Shown piece after piece: positions 1 to 10,976 of a DNA stretch of 64,000 nt. The notes below the pieces were generated by a model that was not told the DNA's origin, searched no databases, and saw nothing but the letters and a program-made list of their open reading frames with translations. Position numbers and translations under genes: made by a program. Position 1 is the stretch's first letter. The number at the start of each line of letters is the position of its first letter. The stretch comes from a virus (Duplodnaviria > Caudoviricetes), in IMG/VR virus record IMGVR_UViG_3300028797_000167, positions 1,596 through 65,595 of that record. One strand, given 5' to 3'.

Positions 1-1472
1 TGAGCCGTTCTCCATTCTGCTTCACCGTTAGAATCGACTGTAAGAACTTTACCTTCATCAGCAGATGTAGAGGGAGGAAGACTTATAGGAGCAGGTTCCC
101 AAGAGAAAGACCCTTCGCCACCGCTATAAGAAGCAGTTAGAACCTTTTCATCATCAGTAGATTCAACTTCTGGTACATTTCGAATCACAGGCTTATTCTT
201 AATATAATCAACAGCGGAAGAATCAGTCTGCGCATAGTCAGATTGAACCTGCGGATCAGGAATAGTCGGCTTATCAGTTAAAGAATTATAAGAACCGCTT
301 GTAGCAACTGGTGCCAGATTAGGTTTATTCTTAATATAAGCCGGATCTTCACTATTCATTTCATCCCAGTCAGCTTGTGTCTGTTCTGGTACACTTAAGT
401 CAAATACCTTTACACCATTAACCGTTGAAGTATGAATCGTTACACTATTATCTTCAGATGTTACATCTATACCAGAGCCTATGATCTTATTAAGATTATA
501 AATTTGAATATAATCTAGATATACATGGCAACCCGGAAGGACTTCATTTGCATCAGTAAGCAAAGATAAAAGGGTATCTTCATTTTCTTCACTAGAATTA
601 ACGGTCAAATAAGCGAGTTCATATACTTCTTCGTGATGATAAGAGTTATTAAATTCTATGGTCTTATGAGGAATACCTAAAGAATTTACACCAGTGATAT
701 TGAATCTATAAATATTTGCATCTATAGCATTTGCATTATTATCGATTCTAACGAAGGCATGTACAATATATGTACCCGGTTTAATCATGATTTGATTATT
801 ATCGTTTACATAAATTCTATCGCCTTTATATTGAACCGTTAAAGCATTGGTATTTAAATCAGAACCAGATGCAACACTAAAGCCTTTACCAGTCCAATAG
901 TCAATATCCATTCCGGCATCAGGATCGAGCGAAATTATATTTCCATCGATATTAATTCCGTATCCACCTTCATATGGTTCAGGAGCATTAACGGAAATTC
1001 CAAGGATAACGGAACCATCGCTTAAGTATTGCTTAACACGGACGTTTACATTTTCAGTTTCGCCTACGGCACCTCTTACAAGTCCGTTAATAACCGCTGG
1101 TACATTCACTCCAAGCGGATTAGATTCCGTGCTTGCACCCTTAAGCGTATTGTCTATATTAAGCATCATAACCCCGGAGCCACCACCTCCAGCAGTGACA
1201 TTATCCCAAGTGCCAACTAATGCACCAGTAGAATCATAAAGCTCAATATAGTAAGCGAGAGTATTATCTAAAGCGAAAGTACAACGACCAGCTTCATCAA
1301 GAATAATATTAGTCGGATTCTTTACTTCAGAACCCGGATAAGTAAAGGTCTGAACCGGGTAAGAATGGTCAGACGCAAGGAAAGTTTTTATAGTACCATT
1401 AGCTAACGGTTTTCCGTAATTATCGCTAAATTGTAAATAAAAGCTAGAAGGATAGCTTTGTTCTAGAGCCAT
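1..1472 (-). CDS. Tail fibre/tailspike protein with N-terminal head-binding-type domain, runs off the left edge (not in ORF track)
   Basis: ATG at 1472 with AGGAG RBS; MALEQSYPSSFYLQFSDNYGKPLANGTIKTF...NPTNIILDEAGRCTF is homologous to 33972-35573; contains the QADW..YIKNKP fibre motif. Confidence 0.85.
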   Translation of the reverse strand, partial: MALEQSYPSSFYLQFSDNYGKPLANGTIKTFLASDHSYPVQTFTYPGSEVKNPTNIILDEAGRCTFALDNTLAYYIELYDSTGALVGTWDNVTAGGGGSGVMMLNIDNTLKGASTESNPLGVNVPAVINGLVRGAVGETENVNVRVKQYLSDGSVILGISVNAPEPYEGGYGINIDGNIISLDPDAGMDIDYWTGKGFSVASGSDLNTNALTVQYKGDRIYVNDNNQIMIKPGTYIVHAFVRIDNNANAIDANIYRFNITGVNSLGIPHKTIEFNNSYHHEEVYELAYLTVNSSEENEDTLLSLLTDANEVLPGCHVYLDYIQIYNLNKIIGSGIDVTSEDNSVTIHTSTVNGVKVFDLSVPEQTQADWDEMNSEDPAYIKNKPNLAPVATSGSYNSLTDKPTIPDPQVQSDYAQTDSSAVDYIKNKPVIRNVPEVESTDDEKVLTASYSGGEGSFSWEPAPISLPPSTSADEGKVLTVDSNGEAEWRTA

Positions 1473-1487
1473 ATTATGTCTCCTATT

Positions 1488-1545
1488 AAATATTGTACAA
1501 TGGGAAGTTGAATATATCCTTATACCCTATGAAGGTATAAGGATA
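1488..1545 (-). promoter_or_regulatory. A-type hairpin + late-promoter-like cassette
   Basis: aaatattgtacaatgggaagttgaa followed by inverted repeat tatccttatacc-N7-ggtataaggata, between a stop codon and the next RBS. Confidence 0.75.
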
Positions 1546-1551
1546 ATATAT

Positions 1552-4143
1552 TTACTTATCAAAGACACGGCTTACTCTTAAACTAATTCTGCCGTATCTA
1601 ATGGTTGTAGTACATCTTTCGCAACCGCCTAACGGAGCTGCTCCGCTATCAGGAATATTCCACCATGCGTGTTCTCTGAACATAACCCTAAAGCCATAGT
1701 TGCCATGACTGCCGTCATAATCTGGATTATCAGTTAATGGATAATCATAGATCCTAGATGCATCAGCAGCAGAAATTTTATTCAAAGTCTGCTCACCAAG
1801 GTAATCACCAATTTTCCATGACCAACATCCTTCATTAACGGCTATGCTTGCTTCTAAGGTTGCAAATGCAGTGGCATGAGGTTCAAGATTATGTAGATAG
1901 AATATCTTACCAGTATAATCGAAATCTTCTGTAAACTTACTTGTAAAGAACTGGAAGTTCTTATTGAAGTCACCGTTTTCGATTGAACCTACATACATGA
2001 TTTTTGCGCCAAGACTATGTAGATAATCCACACTATCTTGAAGTGTAAAGCCACTGCGGTTCATTACTGAGTAATACATTTGAGGATATTCTGCAGTGTA
2101 ATATTCATAATGATCTTCAGGGCATCCACCATGATTATCTTGGTACTTATACTGTGCAATTAATCTATTAGTAGGTATAGTATAATTCAACCAGAATGCA
2201 TCGCTAATAAAATCATGGTTAGAAATATTTCCAACCCATTGCGACTTAACAACTGGTACAATTCCTGTTTGCTGGCTAGTCAGATATACTAATCCATTAG
2301 TTCCAAATACATTCTTAAAGAATTTATTTTCATAGAATCTTAGGATTGTTGCATCTGTCGAAGCATCATCTAATGTATAAATAACCGCTTCAATCTTACA
2401 ATCTTCAAATGTAGCTATATTATTTACTGTAATATTTTGCATGATGGTGCAGTTATTAAATGTTTCTATAGCTCCACTTCCGGCTGCTATAAAGTTCATA
2501 TTCACCGTTACTTCGGATAAATATAAGCCGTTATAGATATTAAAGTCGGATGCAGTGGTCGGGAGTAAAGCTCCTCGTTGCATTTGTAAAGAACTAATAC
2601 CAACACCAATAATGCTAATATAACTATCAACTGCGTTAATTGTACTACCAGAATTTAGGTTAGATATAGTTCCACTAAAATTATGAAGCTCTATATTTAC
2701 ATTTAAGCTATGGCAATCAATAGTACCAGACCCATTCTCGATTACATATACATCATTTACATCAGCTGAATCCCTTAGAAGCGTGATATTTATAACGCCT
2801 TCATCTAATGAACCTATGACATGATTATCCTGAACGATTTTTAAGTCAGCATATTTTTGTGCGCCCCAATCATAAAGGTCATATTTAATATTAGGACCAA
2901 GTGTAAGGTTATATAGGTCGTGAGTAGAATTAAACATCCACGGATAAATAATCGAATCACCAGTGAATGTAGCTCTGCCCTTAAAATTACCCATTGCCTT
3001 TTCAAATTTACAATCGGTAAAAGTACTTCCATTGCTTTCTACTGCTACATTAAACCTTACAATACAATTAGTCGCATTAAGAATCATCTGCGGATCTTCG
3101 ATTTCGATAATCAAATCATTAGCAGATACATTATGCATATATCTATGGTCAAGGATTACTGTTTTCCAGTAGCCATAAGATCCATCAAATACAGTCGGTC
3201 CTGCATTATAGAACCACTTGCTATGAATTACATCTTGTTTAATTACAAGAGCTACACCTTCTGAATTAAGAGTAGTCGTACCAGTATATGTAATGCCCTT
3301 ATTAAATATTACTTTAGCACTATCAGAGCTTACCGTGAATTGTAAGGATTCACTACATACAACATGCTTACCAAATTTAATATTTGCACCACGGACTAAA
3401 GGATATGTACCACCTTGGAAATAGATTTCATTAGCCTTTCCATATCCAGCTTGTGAATATACACTTAATCCATTAAGTCTAGACATCAATACACCAGGAT
3501 CAGTATAAGGACTGATACCAAATGTAGTCGATTCCATTATACTAGATTCTAATAGAATCCATCTTCCACTATTACTAAGGCTAGATATAATTGTAGCACC
3601 GTAGTCTTCATCCCTAGAAGAGTTAGGTTCCCAAATATACGTTCTAGGAGTAATATTCCTTATATTCTCATCGTAATCAATTACGGTTACGAGAGGGTGT
3701 TTAGAATAATCAGTGGAGCGTAATTCAGAAATATACTGAACCACGAAAATATTTTCACCAGTAATTTCTGCTTCATCTACAGTACCAGAATCTATTACAA
3801 ATTCTTTTACAAATTGCCAGTGAGATACGGTTCCAGTATGATTAGGGTCATAACCTTCATGCAAATATAATCCCATATCTGCATAATTTGTACCAAGAAA
3901 TTTTTCAAGTACGACTCTATATAAGCCGTTCTTAAGAAATACTTGGTGTTCTGGTCGTCCTGCCATATCCGTAAGCAACGGATTTGACAATAACGTTTGA
4001 TAATTCTGGTCAGCATAGATTGGCTTATAAGTCGTGCCATCTGCTTCGAAGAATATTAGTCGTCCTATGACAACTTTTCCGTTTTCATCTAGGAAAGTCG
4101 GAAGAGCATCATATAAGGTATAACAAGACAAATCTGTTCTCAT
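1552..4143 (-). CDS. Tailspike-like protein (head-binding-type N-terminus, beta-rich body)
   Basis: LPTFLDENGKVVIGRLIFFEADGTT...NPLLTDMAGRP N-terminal motif typical of podovirus tail proteins; homologue at 35647-38307. Confidence 0.7.
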   Translation of the reverse strand: MRTDLSCYTLYDALPTFLDENGKVVIGRLIFFEADGTTYKPIYADQNYQTLLSNPLLTDMAGRPEHQVFLKNGLYRVVLEKFLGTNYADMGLYLHEGYDPNHTGTVSHWQFVKEFVIDSGTVDEAEITGENIFVVQYISELRSTDYSKHPLVTVIDYDENIRNITPRTYIWEPNSSRDEDYGATIISSLSNSGRWILLESSIMESTTFGISPYTDPGVLMSRLNGLSVYSQAGYGKANEIYFQGGTYPLVRGANIKFGKHVVCSESLQFTVSSDSAKVIFNKGITYTGTTTLNSEGVALVIKQDVIHSKWFYNAGPTVFDGSYGYWKTVILDHRYMHNVSANDLIIEIEDPQMILNATNCIVRFNVAVESNGSTFTDCKFEKAMGNFKGRATFTGDSIIYPWMFNSTHDLYNLTLGPNIKYDLYDWGAQKYADLKIVQDNHVIGSLDEGVINITLLRDSADVNDVYVIENGSGTIDCHSLNVNIELHNFSGTISNLNSGSTINAVDSYISIIGVGISSLQMQRGALLPTTASDFNIYNGLYLSEVTVNMNFIAAGSGAIETFNNCTIMQNITVNNIATFEDCKIEAVIYTLDDASTDATILRFYENKFFKNVFGTNGLVYLTSQQTGIVPVVKSQWVGNISNHDFISDAFWLNYTIPTNRLIAQYKYQDNHGGCPEDHYEYYTAEYPQMYYSVMNRSGFTLQDSVDYLHSLGAKIMYVGSIENGDFNKNFQFFTSKFTEDFDYTGKIFYLHNLEPHATAFATLEASIAVNEGCWSWKIGDYLGEQTLNKISAADASRIYDYPLTDNPDYDGSHGNYGFRVMFREHAWWNIPDSGAAPLGGCERCTTTIRYGRISLRVSRVFDK

Positions 4144-4159
4144 GATAAGATCCTTATAT

Positions 4160-4218
4160 AAATATTGTACAATGGGAAGTTGAAGATATCCTTATACCGT
4201 ATGAAGGTATAAGGATAT
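4160..4218 (-). promoter_or_regulatory. A-type hairpin + motif cassette
   Basis: aaatattgtacaatgggaagttgaa plus atatccttatacc-N7-ggtataaggatat. Confidence 0.75.
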
Positions 4219-4227
4219 TCTTATATT

Positions 4228-7197
4228 TTATTTCTTTTCTTTAGTATCATCAGATTTTCTTTCCTTGGCATCATCAGGAATTGTATACCTAAGATTAAAT
4301 TCAGGTACATAATTTCCACGCTTCTTTGAGCCATAATTAAACTTATAAGGAATTATCCCAGGTACTTTTTTAGTAATTGCACTCCAGTTAGCCGGATTAG
4401 ATCTTATAATATCTTCTCTGGTTTCCTTTTCAGGTTCAGATAAGGCATTAAGCTGTGTTCCATATCCAGCTCCAACTAAAGTACCGGGCTTAATCATTCT
4501 TGATTCGAATAATCTTCCAATCGGATAAAATGGAAATAGCACCTTATTTATTCCTTTATGTGGTCCTTTATAATCTTCTTTTCTAAATAAATCAACCTTT
4601 CCTTCATTATTCTTTAAAGATCGAATTATCTTTTCTATATCTTCTTTTTTAGATTCAGCTTGTTTAGCCTTATCGGAAATATTTCTCTTACGAATTTCAG
4701 ATTTAAGCACATCAGATTCTTTAGGAATATTATGCTCATTTAAGAAATTATCGAAGGCTTCTTTAACTTGCTTAATTTTCGCTCTGTCACCAGATGAAAT
4801 ATTTGCAGAGATTGCACTATTACTCGGAACTTCTAGGTCACCATAATATGCAAGGGCAGTTGACCATTCTTCAGGAGTAATTGCATCCATTTCAGGAGAA
4901 GTATTATTTAAGATTCTTTTGCCAGTATTATATTCATGAATAGATCTTGCTAAATCGTTAAGCATATCATCAGGGTTAACTCTATGTCCTATAGCTGCAA
5001 GTGTAGGATTAGGTCTTGGTTTATTACCTTCATTTAAAAAACCTTTATCCTGTAAGAAGGTTTTCATATCCTTACCAGCATTTAAATATCCCGGAATAGT
5101 CGTGCCTCTTGGATTGTAATCCCATTCTTTATTAAACCTTTTTGCATTTTTAGTTGCATTAAGTTTAGATAAGAATTCTTGCGCAAGTCTATTATTAGAC
5201 GTTCTATCTCCACTACTAGTGTTCCATGATATATATTCATCAATTAGACTTTTAAGGGTATTTCCGTCAAGCTCTCCGTTTCTATGAAGATCATAAGCTC
5301 TTTGAACAAGCTTATCACTTTCATCTACAACTGCTCTTGCAAAATTTAACGGATTATCATTATAATTAGATCTAATAAACTTTTGAAGATTTTCAGGAAG
5401 TTGCGACATTATTTCTTTAGTCTTCTCATATTGAGCATTAGTGCCGCTTCCCTTTTGTGCGCCCTTACCAGCTTTATCATAGCCCATACTTTTAAATATA
5501 GACTGCGATAAAGTCATAGGATGATTATTATCCCTAAATGGATATAAAGGCTTATCAGCAATCATTTGTAGAGTTGTTGGCGGTTCATTGCTTGCCATAT
5601 AATCCCAATATTCAGGATTATTCCATTCAACTTCAGCAGGACCACTCGTACCAGTAAGTTCTCTTGCCTTTTCTATTGTAGGATTATAACCGCCTTCATC
5701 TTTAGTAGGAATTAACCATTTACCGTCATCAGATAAAATATTACCACTTTCTGCGTTATATTTCTTTAAGGCTTTATTTCTACCTAATTCTGCTTCAGCT
5801 GCATTGGCCTGTTCATCTATAGCAGTTTTATTCTTCCAAATTTGACGAGGGAAGATTACATATTTATCACCTTCTCTTGTAGGATCAAAAGCATCTGCAT
5901 CTACATTAGATAATTTACCACCCTGAATAGCTTCATTAATCTTATTTGTATATGCTTCATCGTTAGATTTAATTCTCGGATAAGCGTTATCATTAGGATA
6001 GAAAGGCTTTTCAAGATTGTCAATTTTTTCTTGTGCGTAGTTTTCCGCATTCTTATATGCATTAACTGCATTAGTTGCAGATTTAAGTTCGGATTGAGCT
6101 TTAGTTAATGGATGCGGATTTTTTGTAAGTTTTCTAACTGCATTAGAAATTACACCCGGTATAAAGCTTGTAGCTCCACCAAGTCCTGCTGCGGTTCCAC
6201 TAGCCGTTCCTGCATCATATAAATAATCGCCAATAAGATAATTAAACGGGTTAGTCTCGCCTCTCTCACCTTTTGCAATGGAATTACCAAGACCAATTAA
6301 ACCACCACCAGTGCCTAATGTTCCTAAAGTTCTAAGAAGACTTGCACCAGTTTTAAGGCCACCCATAACAGGATAAGCTGCTGCATTTATAGTTCCACCA
6401 GCAATATTTCTAATATTTAACCCTGTTTCATCAGGACCAATTTCACCCTGTTGACGAGCTATTGCTCCTTGGGATAAATATGGAATACTAAATGTAATAC
6501 CAAGATTATCTAAAACTCGTTCCTTAGTATTTTCCGGGCTATAATAATATTCTTTATTGATAAGATAATTTAAAGCATTAGCTCTTTCATTCGCACTATT
6601 TTTATTTCTAAAATTTTCCGGAGTGCGCATTAAATAACTATTCTTTTTAGCTTGAGCATCAAGCTTTTTAGGTATGCTATATGCATCACCAGCTAGAGTA
6701 AAGTTTGTTTCACCAGCTCTATATAGTGGTTCATTTTGAAGCCACTTAGTAAATTCTTCATCAGTAAGGTTTCCAACACCCATAGTCTCTTTAAATTTCT
6801 GGGTATCTAAAGCCTTTTGAGTCATTGTAGAAAGCCATTTACCTCTATCATAAAGGTCGTCTATAGCTTGTTTTCTAAGCATTAGATGATCAGTCAAAGG
6901 TCTTTCATCAAATTTTAGATCGACCTGAGTACCAGCAGAATTATAAGGATTTATAAGAGTACTTCCACCATGTTGTGTAGTATACTTAAAAGCCCCGTTA
7001 AGAATATTTTTCCAATTATCGCTATGTAAACCGTCGGAAATCATTCGGGTTTGATCTAATACATTTGCTTCTCCAAAAGATTTCTTTTCTTTATCTGATA
7101 GGCCATCATAATATGATCTCCATAAAGCTTCATATGGAAATGATTTCGCAGTTTTTTGCGCTTGCGGCAATACACTGATATCTATTTCTTCAGCCAT
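4228..7197 (-). CDS. Large putative DNA ejection/internal virion protein (P22 gp16-like position)
   Basis: ~990 aa with Gly/Ala-rich hydrophobic segments, last of the ejection cluster; start trimmed to MAEEID after GGAG; counterpart at 38383-41274. Confidence 0.55.
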   Translation of the reverse strand: MAEEIDISVLPQAQKTAKSFPYEALWRSYYDGLSDKEKKSFGEANVLDQTRMISDGLHSDNWKNILNGAFKYTTQHGGSTLINPYNSAGTQVDLKFDERPLTDHLMLRKQAIDDLYDRGKWLSTMTQKALDTQKFKETMGVGNLTDEEFTKWLQNEPLYRAGETNFTLAGDAYSIPKKLDAQAKKNSYLMRTPENFRNKNSANERANALNYLINKEYYYSPENTKERVLDNLGITFSIPYLSQGAIARQQGEIGPDETGLNIRNIAGGTINAAAYPVMGGLKTGASLLRTLGTLGTGGGLIGLGNSIAKGERGETNPFNYLIGDYLYDAGTASGTAAGLGGATSFIPGVISNAVRKLTKNPHPLTKAQSELKSATNAVNAYKNAENYAQEKIDNLEKPFYPNDNAYPRIKSNDEAYTNKINEAIQGGKLSNVDADAFDPTREGDKYVIFPRQIWKNKTAIDEQANAAEAELGRNKALKKYNAESGNILSDDGKWLIPTKDEGGYNPTIEKARELTGTSGPAEVEWNNPEYWDYMASNEPPTTLQMIADKPLYPFRDNNHPMTLSQSIFKSMGYDKAGKGAQKGSGTNAQYEKTKEIMSQLPENLQKFIRSNYNDNPLNFARAVVDESDKLVQRAYDLHRNGELDGNTLKSLIDEYISWNTSSGDRTSNNRLAQEFLSKLNATKNAKRFNKEWDYNPRGTTIPGYLNAGKDMKTFLQDKGFLNEGNKPRPNPTLAAIGHRVNPDDMLNDLARSIHEYNTGKRILNNTSPEMDAITPEEWSTALAYYGDLEVPSNSAISANISSGDRAKIKQVKEAFDNFLNEHNIPKESDVLKSEIRKRNISDKAKQAESKKEDIEKIIRSLKNNEGKVDLFRKEDYKGPHKGINKVLFPFYPIGRLFESRMIKPGTLVGAGYGTQLNALSEPEKETREDIIRSNPANWSAITKKVPGIIPYKFNYGSKKRGNYVPEFNLRYTIPDDAKERKSDDTKEKK

Positions 7198-7213
7198 AAT
7201 ATTCTCCATATAT

Positions 7214-7266
7214 TATTGTACAATGGGAAGTTGAATATCCTTATACCGTGTAAGGGTATAAGGATA
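7214..7266 (-). promoter_or_regulatory. A-type hairpin + motif cassette
   Basis: tattgtacaatgggaagttgaa plus tatccttatacc-N7-ggtataaggata. Confidence 0.75.
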
Positions 7267-7272
7267 ATTCTA

Positions 7273-9465
7273 TTAAGAATAATACACCTGCATTAGAAGA
7301 TCTTGTATCTTTTTATTATCTTCATCTGCATTATATGAAAGCTTACCACCATTTACAATCGTTTGATACAAATTCTTAAGAATAGAATATCTAGGATAAT
7401 TTTCTAGAGCTTGACCAAAGCCAGTTCTTGCATTAGGTGATAGATTATTTAATACTGCTTTTAATACCTTTTCATCAGCATTATTTAATCTTTGAAGGAA
7501 TCTTTGAATTTCCTTTTCAGATAATTGCAGCGAATAATCTTTTCTTGTATCAGCAGCAGAACCTTCAACACGTTCTTGGTTATGCAGTTTAATACTAGTA
7601 GCTTTCACACCTTTTTCGGTATAATTGGAAAGCATAGCATTAGCTATATCTTTATAGTAATTTAGCTTTTGATCTTCAGTAAGATTGTTATTATCTACAA
7701 TTGAATCCCAAGTAGCCTTAATAAGTTTAATACCACCTGGTTTTCCATTACCTTTATTTTCTTTAGCTTCTATACCTTCAGGATTTGCAATTATATCTTT
7801 ATCGGCATTTACGTTATTAACATCACCAGAAGTATTTCCACCCTGCGTATCCGTAAGATTAGAACCTCTACCGTTATTTACAACTTCGTTAAACTGCCTT
7901 AAAGTATCAGCATCCATCCATTCAGGAATCTTATACTTTCCGCCAAGTGTAGATGCAGTATATAAACGGTCATCAGCAATTTTATTCTTATAATCAGCTT
8001 GTGATTTAAGCTTTGCAGACTCGTTCATAGCACGATCATACTCCGCTATGCCAGCTTCAATATTCCTTAAAGCTTCATTAAAGACAGGACGCATAGGTGC
8101 AAATATCTTACTTTCATATTTTCTAATATAATCTAAAGCTTGTCTAAGGTTAGTATTAGTAAGCTTATTAGCCATATTATTAAATATAGCTGCTTCTTCT
8201 TTGGAAAGACCCATATCAACTCCGACTCTTTCAAAGAAGGATCGTGCGTTAGTAAGGGCTTTATCCATAGCTACGTCACCATTTTCATGAACCTTTTCGG
8301 CTTCAAGTGATAGAGCGGCAGCTTCTTGGTTAAGCATAGTTGCGGATTGAACGAGAGAATTTTCAAAGTTCAATACTTGTCCGTGCATATTTACTGCATT
8401 AGACTTCTGTGCAGTAAGATCTGATGCAGCAGACTTTGCAGCTTCAAGCTGTCTATTGCGAAGCAGTTCAAGATTATTAGCAGCATCCATAAGGTTCTTA
8501 TCGCCCTGTTCACGCCATGCTTTAGCTTGGTTCATCCACAATTCAGGATTAGATGTAAACGGAGCTACTGTAGTTAGAGCTAGCTGTTTATCATATCCAG
8601 CTTTACCACGTTTAAGAAGAGCTTGAATTTCAGGAAGTTGCATTAATTCAGGATCTCTATCTGCTATAGCCTTTAAAGCAGTATTGACTTCAGGCCATGC
8701 CATATTCTTCCATTCATTTTCAGGAGATTCAGGAACTTCAGGCTTAGAGAAGATATTCGTCTTATACTTGTCGATAGTCTGATCCTTACGAGGATTTTCT
8801 CCACCGTGAAATTCAGGTTCAGCTTTAGCCTGATAAGCTACTACTCCAGAAGGATTAATAGGCTTTCCATGAACATCACGAGCCGAAGCGCGCTTCATAG
8901 AATCAATAGCATTAAAGGAAGAAGCCTTTGCTAGTTCTTCATCGACATCTGTTTCTTCTAAAGAAGGTTCAGGATATTTGATCTGCGGATTGACTCTATA
9001 TCCTGCCATTTCTCTAGCCGCATCTTCTGATAATCTTTTCTTATCTTCGTCGGTTAAAGGTTCTTTAGATTCTAAAGCAATAGACGGAAGTTCTTCATCC
9101 TTTGTATTTTCATCATTTCTCCACGGAAGATTTTCATATTTTCTCGGAAGATCTTTAATGAATTTACTATCAGGCTTTGAAGTATTTCTATAACGTTCAG
9201 CAAGTGCATTACGAATTTCCGGGTTATTTAATATAGCTTTATAATCTAAACCTTTGGGCAAATTATCTTCAAACGGAGTATTTTCCTTACGTGGCTTCAT
9301 TTCCGTTCTAAAATTACTGGGATCTTGAAGATTATTAAGAAGCAATAGATTCTTAATCTTTTCCTCTTGTTCCGCAAGAAGCGCATTATCATATTTAGCT
9401 TTAGAAGCAGCCTTTGCTTGGTTCATTAGCTGCTCTTGTGTATCTAAACTAATTTTAGAATTCAT
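7273..9465 (-). CDS. Putative DNA ejection protein (gp20-like position)
   Basis: Helical Ala/Gln-rich protein; shares PEVNTALKAIADRDPE...REQGDKNLMDAA with 41355-43337. Confidence 0.55.
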   Translation of the reverse strand: MNSKISLDTQEQLMNQAKAASKAKYDNALLAEQEEKIKNLLLLNNLQDPSNFRTEMKPRKENTPFEDNLPKGLDYKAILNNPEIRNALAERYRNTSKPDSKFIKDLPRKYENLPWRNDENTKDEELPSIALESKEPLTDEDKKRLSEDAAREMAGYRVNPQIKYPEPSLEETDVDEELAKASSFNAIDSMKRASARDVHGKPINPSGVVAYQAKAEPEFHGGENPRKDQTIDKYKTNIFSKPEVPESPENEWKNMAWPEVNTALKAIADRDPELMQLPEIQALLKRGKAGYDKQLALTTVAPFTSNPELWMNQAKAWREQGDKNLMDAANNLELLRNRQLEAAKSAASDLTAQKSNAVNMHGQVLNFENSLVQSATMLNQEAAALSLEAEKVHENGDVAMDKALTNARSFFERVGVDMGLSKEEAAIFNNMANKLTNTNLRQALDYIRKYESKIFAPMRPVFNEALRNIEAGIAEYDRAMNESAKLKSQADYKNKIADDRLYTASTLGGKYKIPEWMDADTLRQFNEVVNNGRGSNLTDTQGGNTSGDVNNVNADKDIIANPEGIEAKENKGNGKPGGIKLIKATWDSIVDNNNLTEDQKLNYYKDIANAMLSNYTEKGVKATSIKLHNQERVEGSAADTRKDYSLQLSEKEIQRFLQRLNNADEKVLKAVLNNLSPNARTGFGQALENYPRYSILKNLYQTIVNGGKLSYNADEDNKKIQDLLMQVYYS

Positions 9466-9466
9466 A

Positions 9467-9802
9467 TTACCCTCTATCAAACGGATTTACGAACTCGACT
9501 TCGTTTCCTGCAAGATCTTTATAAGGATCTATGTTGGTTTTATATCTTCTCATGAGGAACGGATCTATACCATTCATAGAAAGTTCTGCATCTCCGCCTT
9601 CAACTTCGACTTCAGGATCTTCTAAGTCAGTATCACCTACAAGCGCATTAAGATAAGCCGCACCAAGATCACCTGCGATCTTTGCATTACCTTTCCAGTA
9701 ATCAGTCCAAGGCTTAGAAGCATTAATATGCGCTCTATAAGCCAAAGTATAAGCATCACCTACATCGGGTTTAGTATTGTATGCGTTAATATTTAAAGCC
9801 AT
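9467..9802 (-). CDS. Small virion/ejection-cluster protein
   Basis: Homologous to 43341-43694 (PDVGDAY/PNVGDVY, GIDP); coupled to neighbours. Confidence 0.6.
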   Translation of the reverse strand: MALNINAYNTKPDVGDAYTLAYRAHINASKPWTDYWKGNAKIAGDLGAAYLNALVGDTDLEDPEVEVEGGDAELSMNGIDPFLMRRYKTNIDPYKDLAGNEVEFVNPFDRG

Positions 9803-9814
9803 TTTTAATTCTCC

Positions 9815-10573
9815 TTAGTAATTAGGCAAGGCGGCACTACCACCACCAGCTGCTGCAATTTGTTTAGCATATTCACTTAGATAGTTAGTATAAGTATTAG
9901 CCTTTGCATTAGCGTTATTAATATAAGCACTGGTTACGTCACTCCAAAGATCAGTACCAGCCTTAGTATAATCACTTGCTGCATTAAGCTGCGTCTTATA
10001 TTTATCCAAGTATTGCTGGGAAGATGCAAGTTTATTAGCTTCTTCACCTTTCCAAATATCTACATCAATACCCTTTTCTTTTAGGTAAGCTTCCATCGCA
10101 TCCTTATAAGCTTTAGATGCATTCGCACTGGCAGTAGATAACATCTGGTTTTGAAGGCCCGAAGAATATAACCTACCTGCATTAGACGCACTAGCTTCAA
10201 GAGCATCTAACTGTGTTTGATTATTAAGCTTCCATGCCTTGTCATAATATTCTTCTATGCTATGCTTATCAGTCCATGCGGATGGATTATATATAGCATC
10301 GCTCATGTCAGAATTAAGCAATGATTTATATCTATTAATAATAGCATCATCGCCGTAGATAGTATTAAGCTTATTTTCTAATTCTTTAATTTTTGCATTA
10401 TTAGAATCATAAGTGCCTTTTACATTCTCATATCCTTTAGACATGGTATAAGCTGCATTAGCGGCACCTTGGCGAGCATATTCATTTGCTTCAGCCGCCT
10501 TATCAGCAGCATACATATTCGAACCGGCTTGGGCAAGAGCACCAACTCCGGCTACAACTAGAGCAGGGATCAT
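9815..10573 (-). CDS. DNA injection protein (P22 gp7-like)
   Basis: N-terminal MIPALVVAGVGALAQAGSNMYAADKAAEA pattern typical of small podovirus ejection proteins; homologue at 43706-44476. Confidence 0.6.
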   Translation of the reverse strand: MIPALVVAGVGALAQAGSNMYAADKAAEANEYARQGAANAAYTMSKGYENVKGTYDSNNAKIKELENKLNTIYGDDAIINRYKSLLNSDMSDAIYNPSAWTDKHSIEEYYDKAWKLNNQTQLDALEASASNAGRLYSSGLQNQMLSTASANASKAYKDAMEAYLKEKGIDVDIWKGEEANKLASSQQYLDKYKTQLNAASDYTKAGTDLWSDVTSAYINNANAKANTYTNYLSEYAKQIAAAGGGSAALPNY

Positions 10574-10579
10574 ATTCTT

Positions 10580-10975
10580 TTAGTCCTTTGAAACGATTGT
10601 GAATATTCCAGTTACTTGCCATGCCTCGTTCTCCGACATAGACACGGTTAATTGTGATAAACCCTTATTTATAAGGATTCCTTTTGCAGAAGTATTATTT
10701 AATAACTCCGCAAAATAATTATCAAGGTTATTAGGTGGAATAGAAAAGGTCATAGTTCCTGAACCTATCTTTCGCCAGAAACAGACCTTTCCTATATAAG
10801 CTATTTGTGTATCATAGCTTCTAGAAGAACCCCAAGAACCAGTGATAGCATTCAACGCATTGAATATAGAGAAATCAGTAATATCATTTGTACTCTGAAC
10901 CGCATTTACTGTCACGGTTGAAAGATTACGCATCTTATTATTCATTTCATCTGCTATATAGTCTTTGGCATTCAT
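10580..10975 (-). CDS. Virion protein of unknown function (tail needle/plug position)
   Basis: Highly similar to 44483-44902; directly follows the gp10-like gene. Confidence 0.6.
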   Translation of the reverse strand: MNAKDYIADEMNNKMRNLSTVTVNAVQSTNDITDFSIFNALNAITGSWGSSRSYDTQIAYIGKVCFWRKIGSGTMTFSIPPNNLDNYFAELLNNTSAKGILINKGLSQLTVSMSENEAWQVTGIFTIVSKD

Positions 10976-10976
10976 A

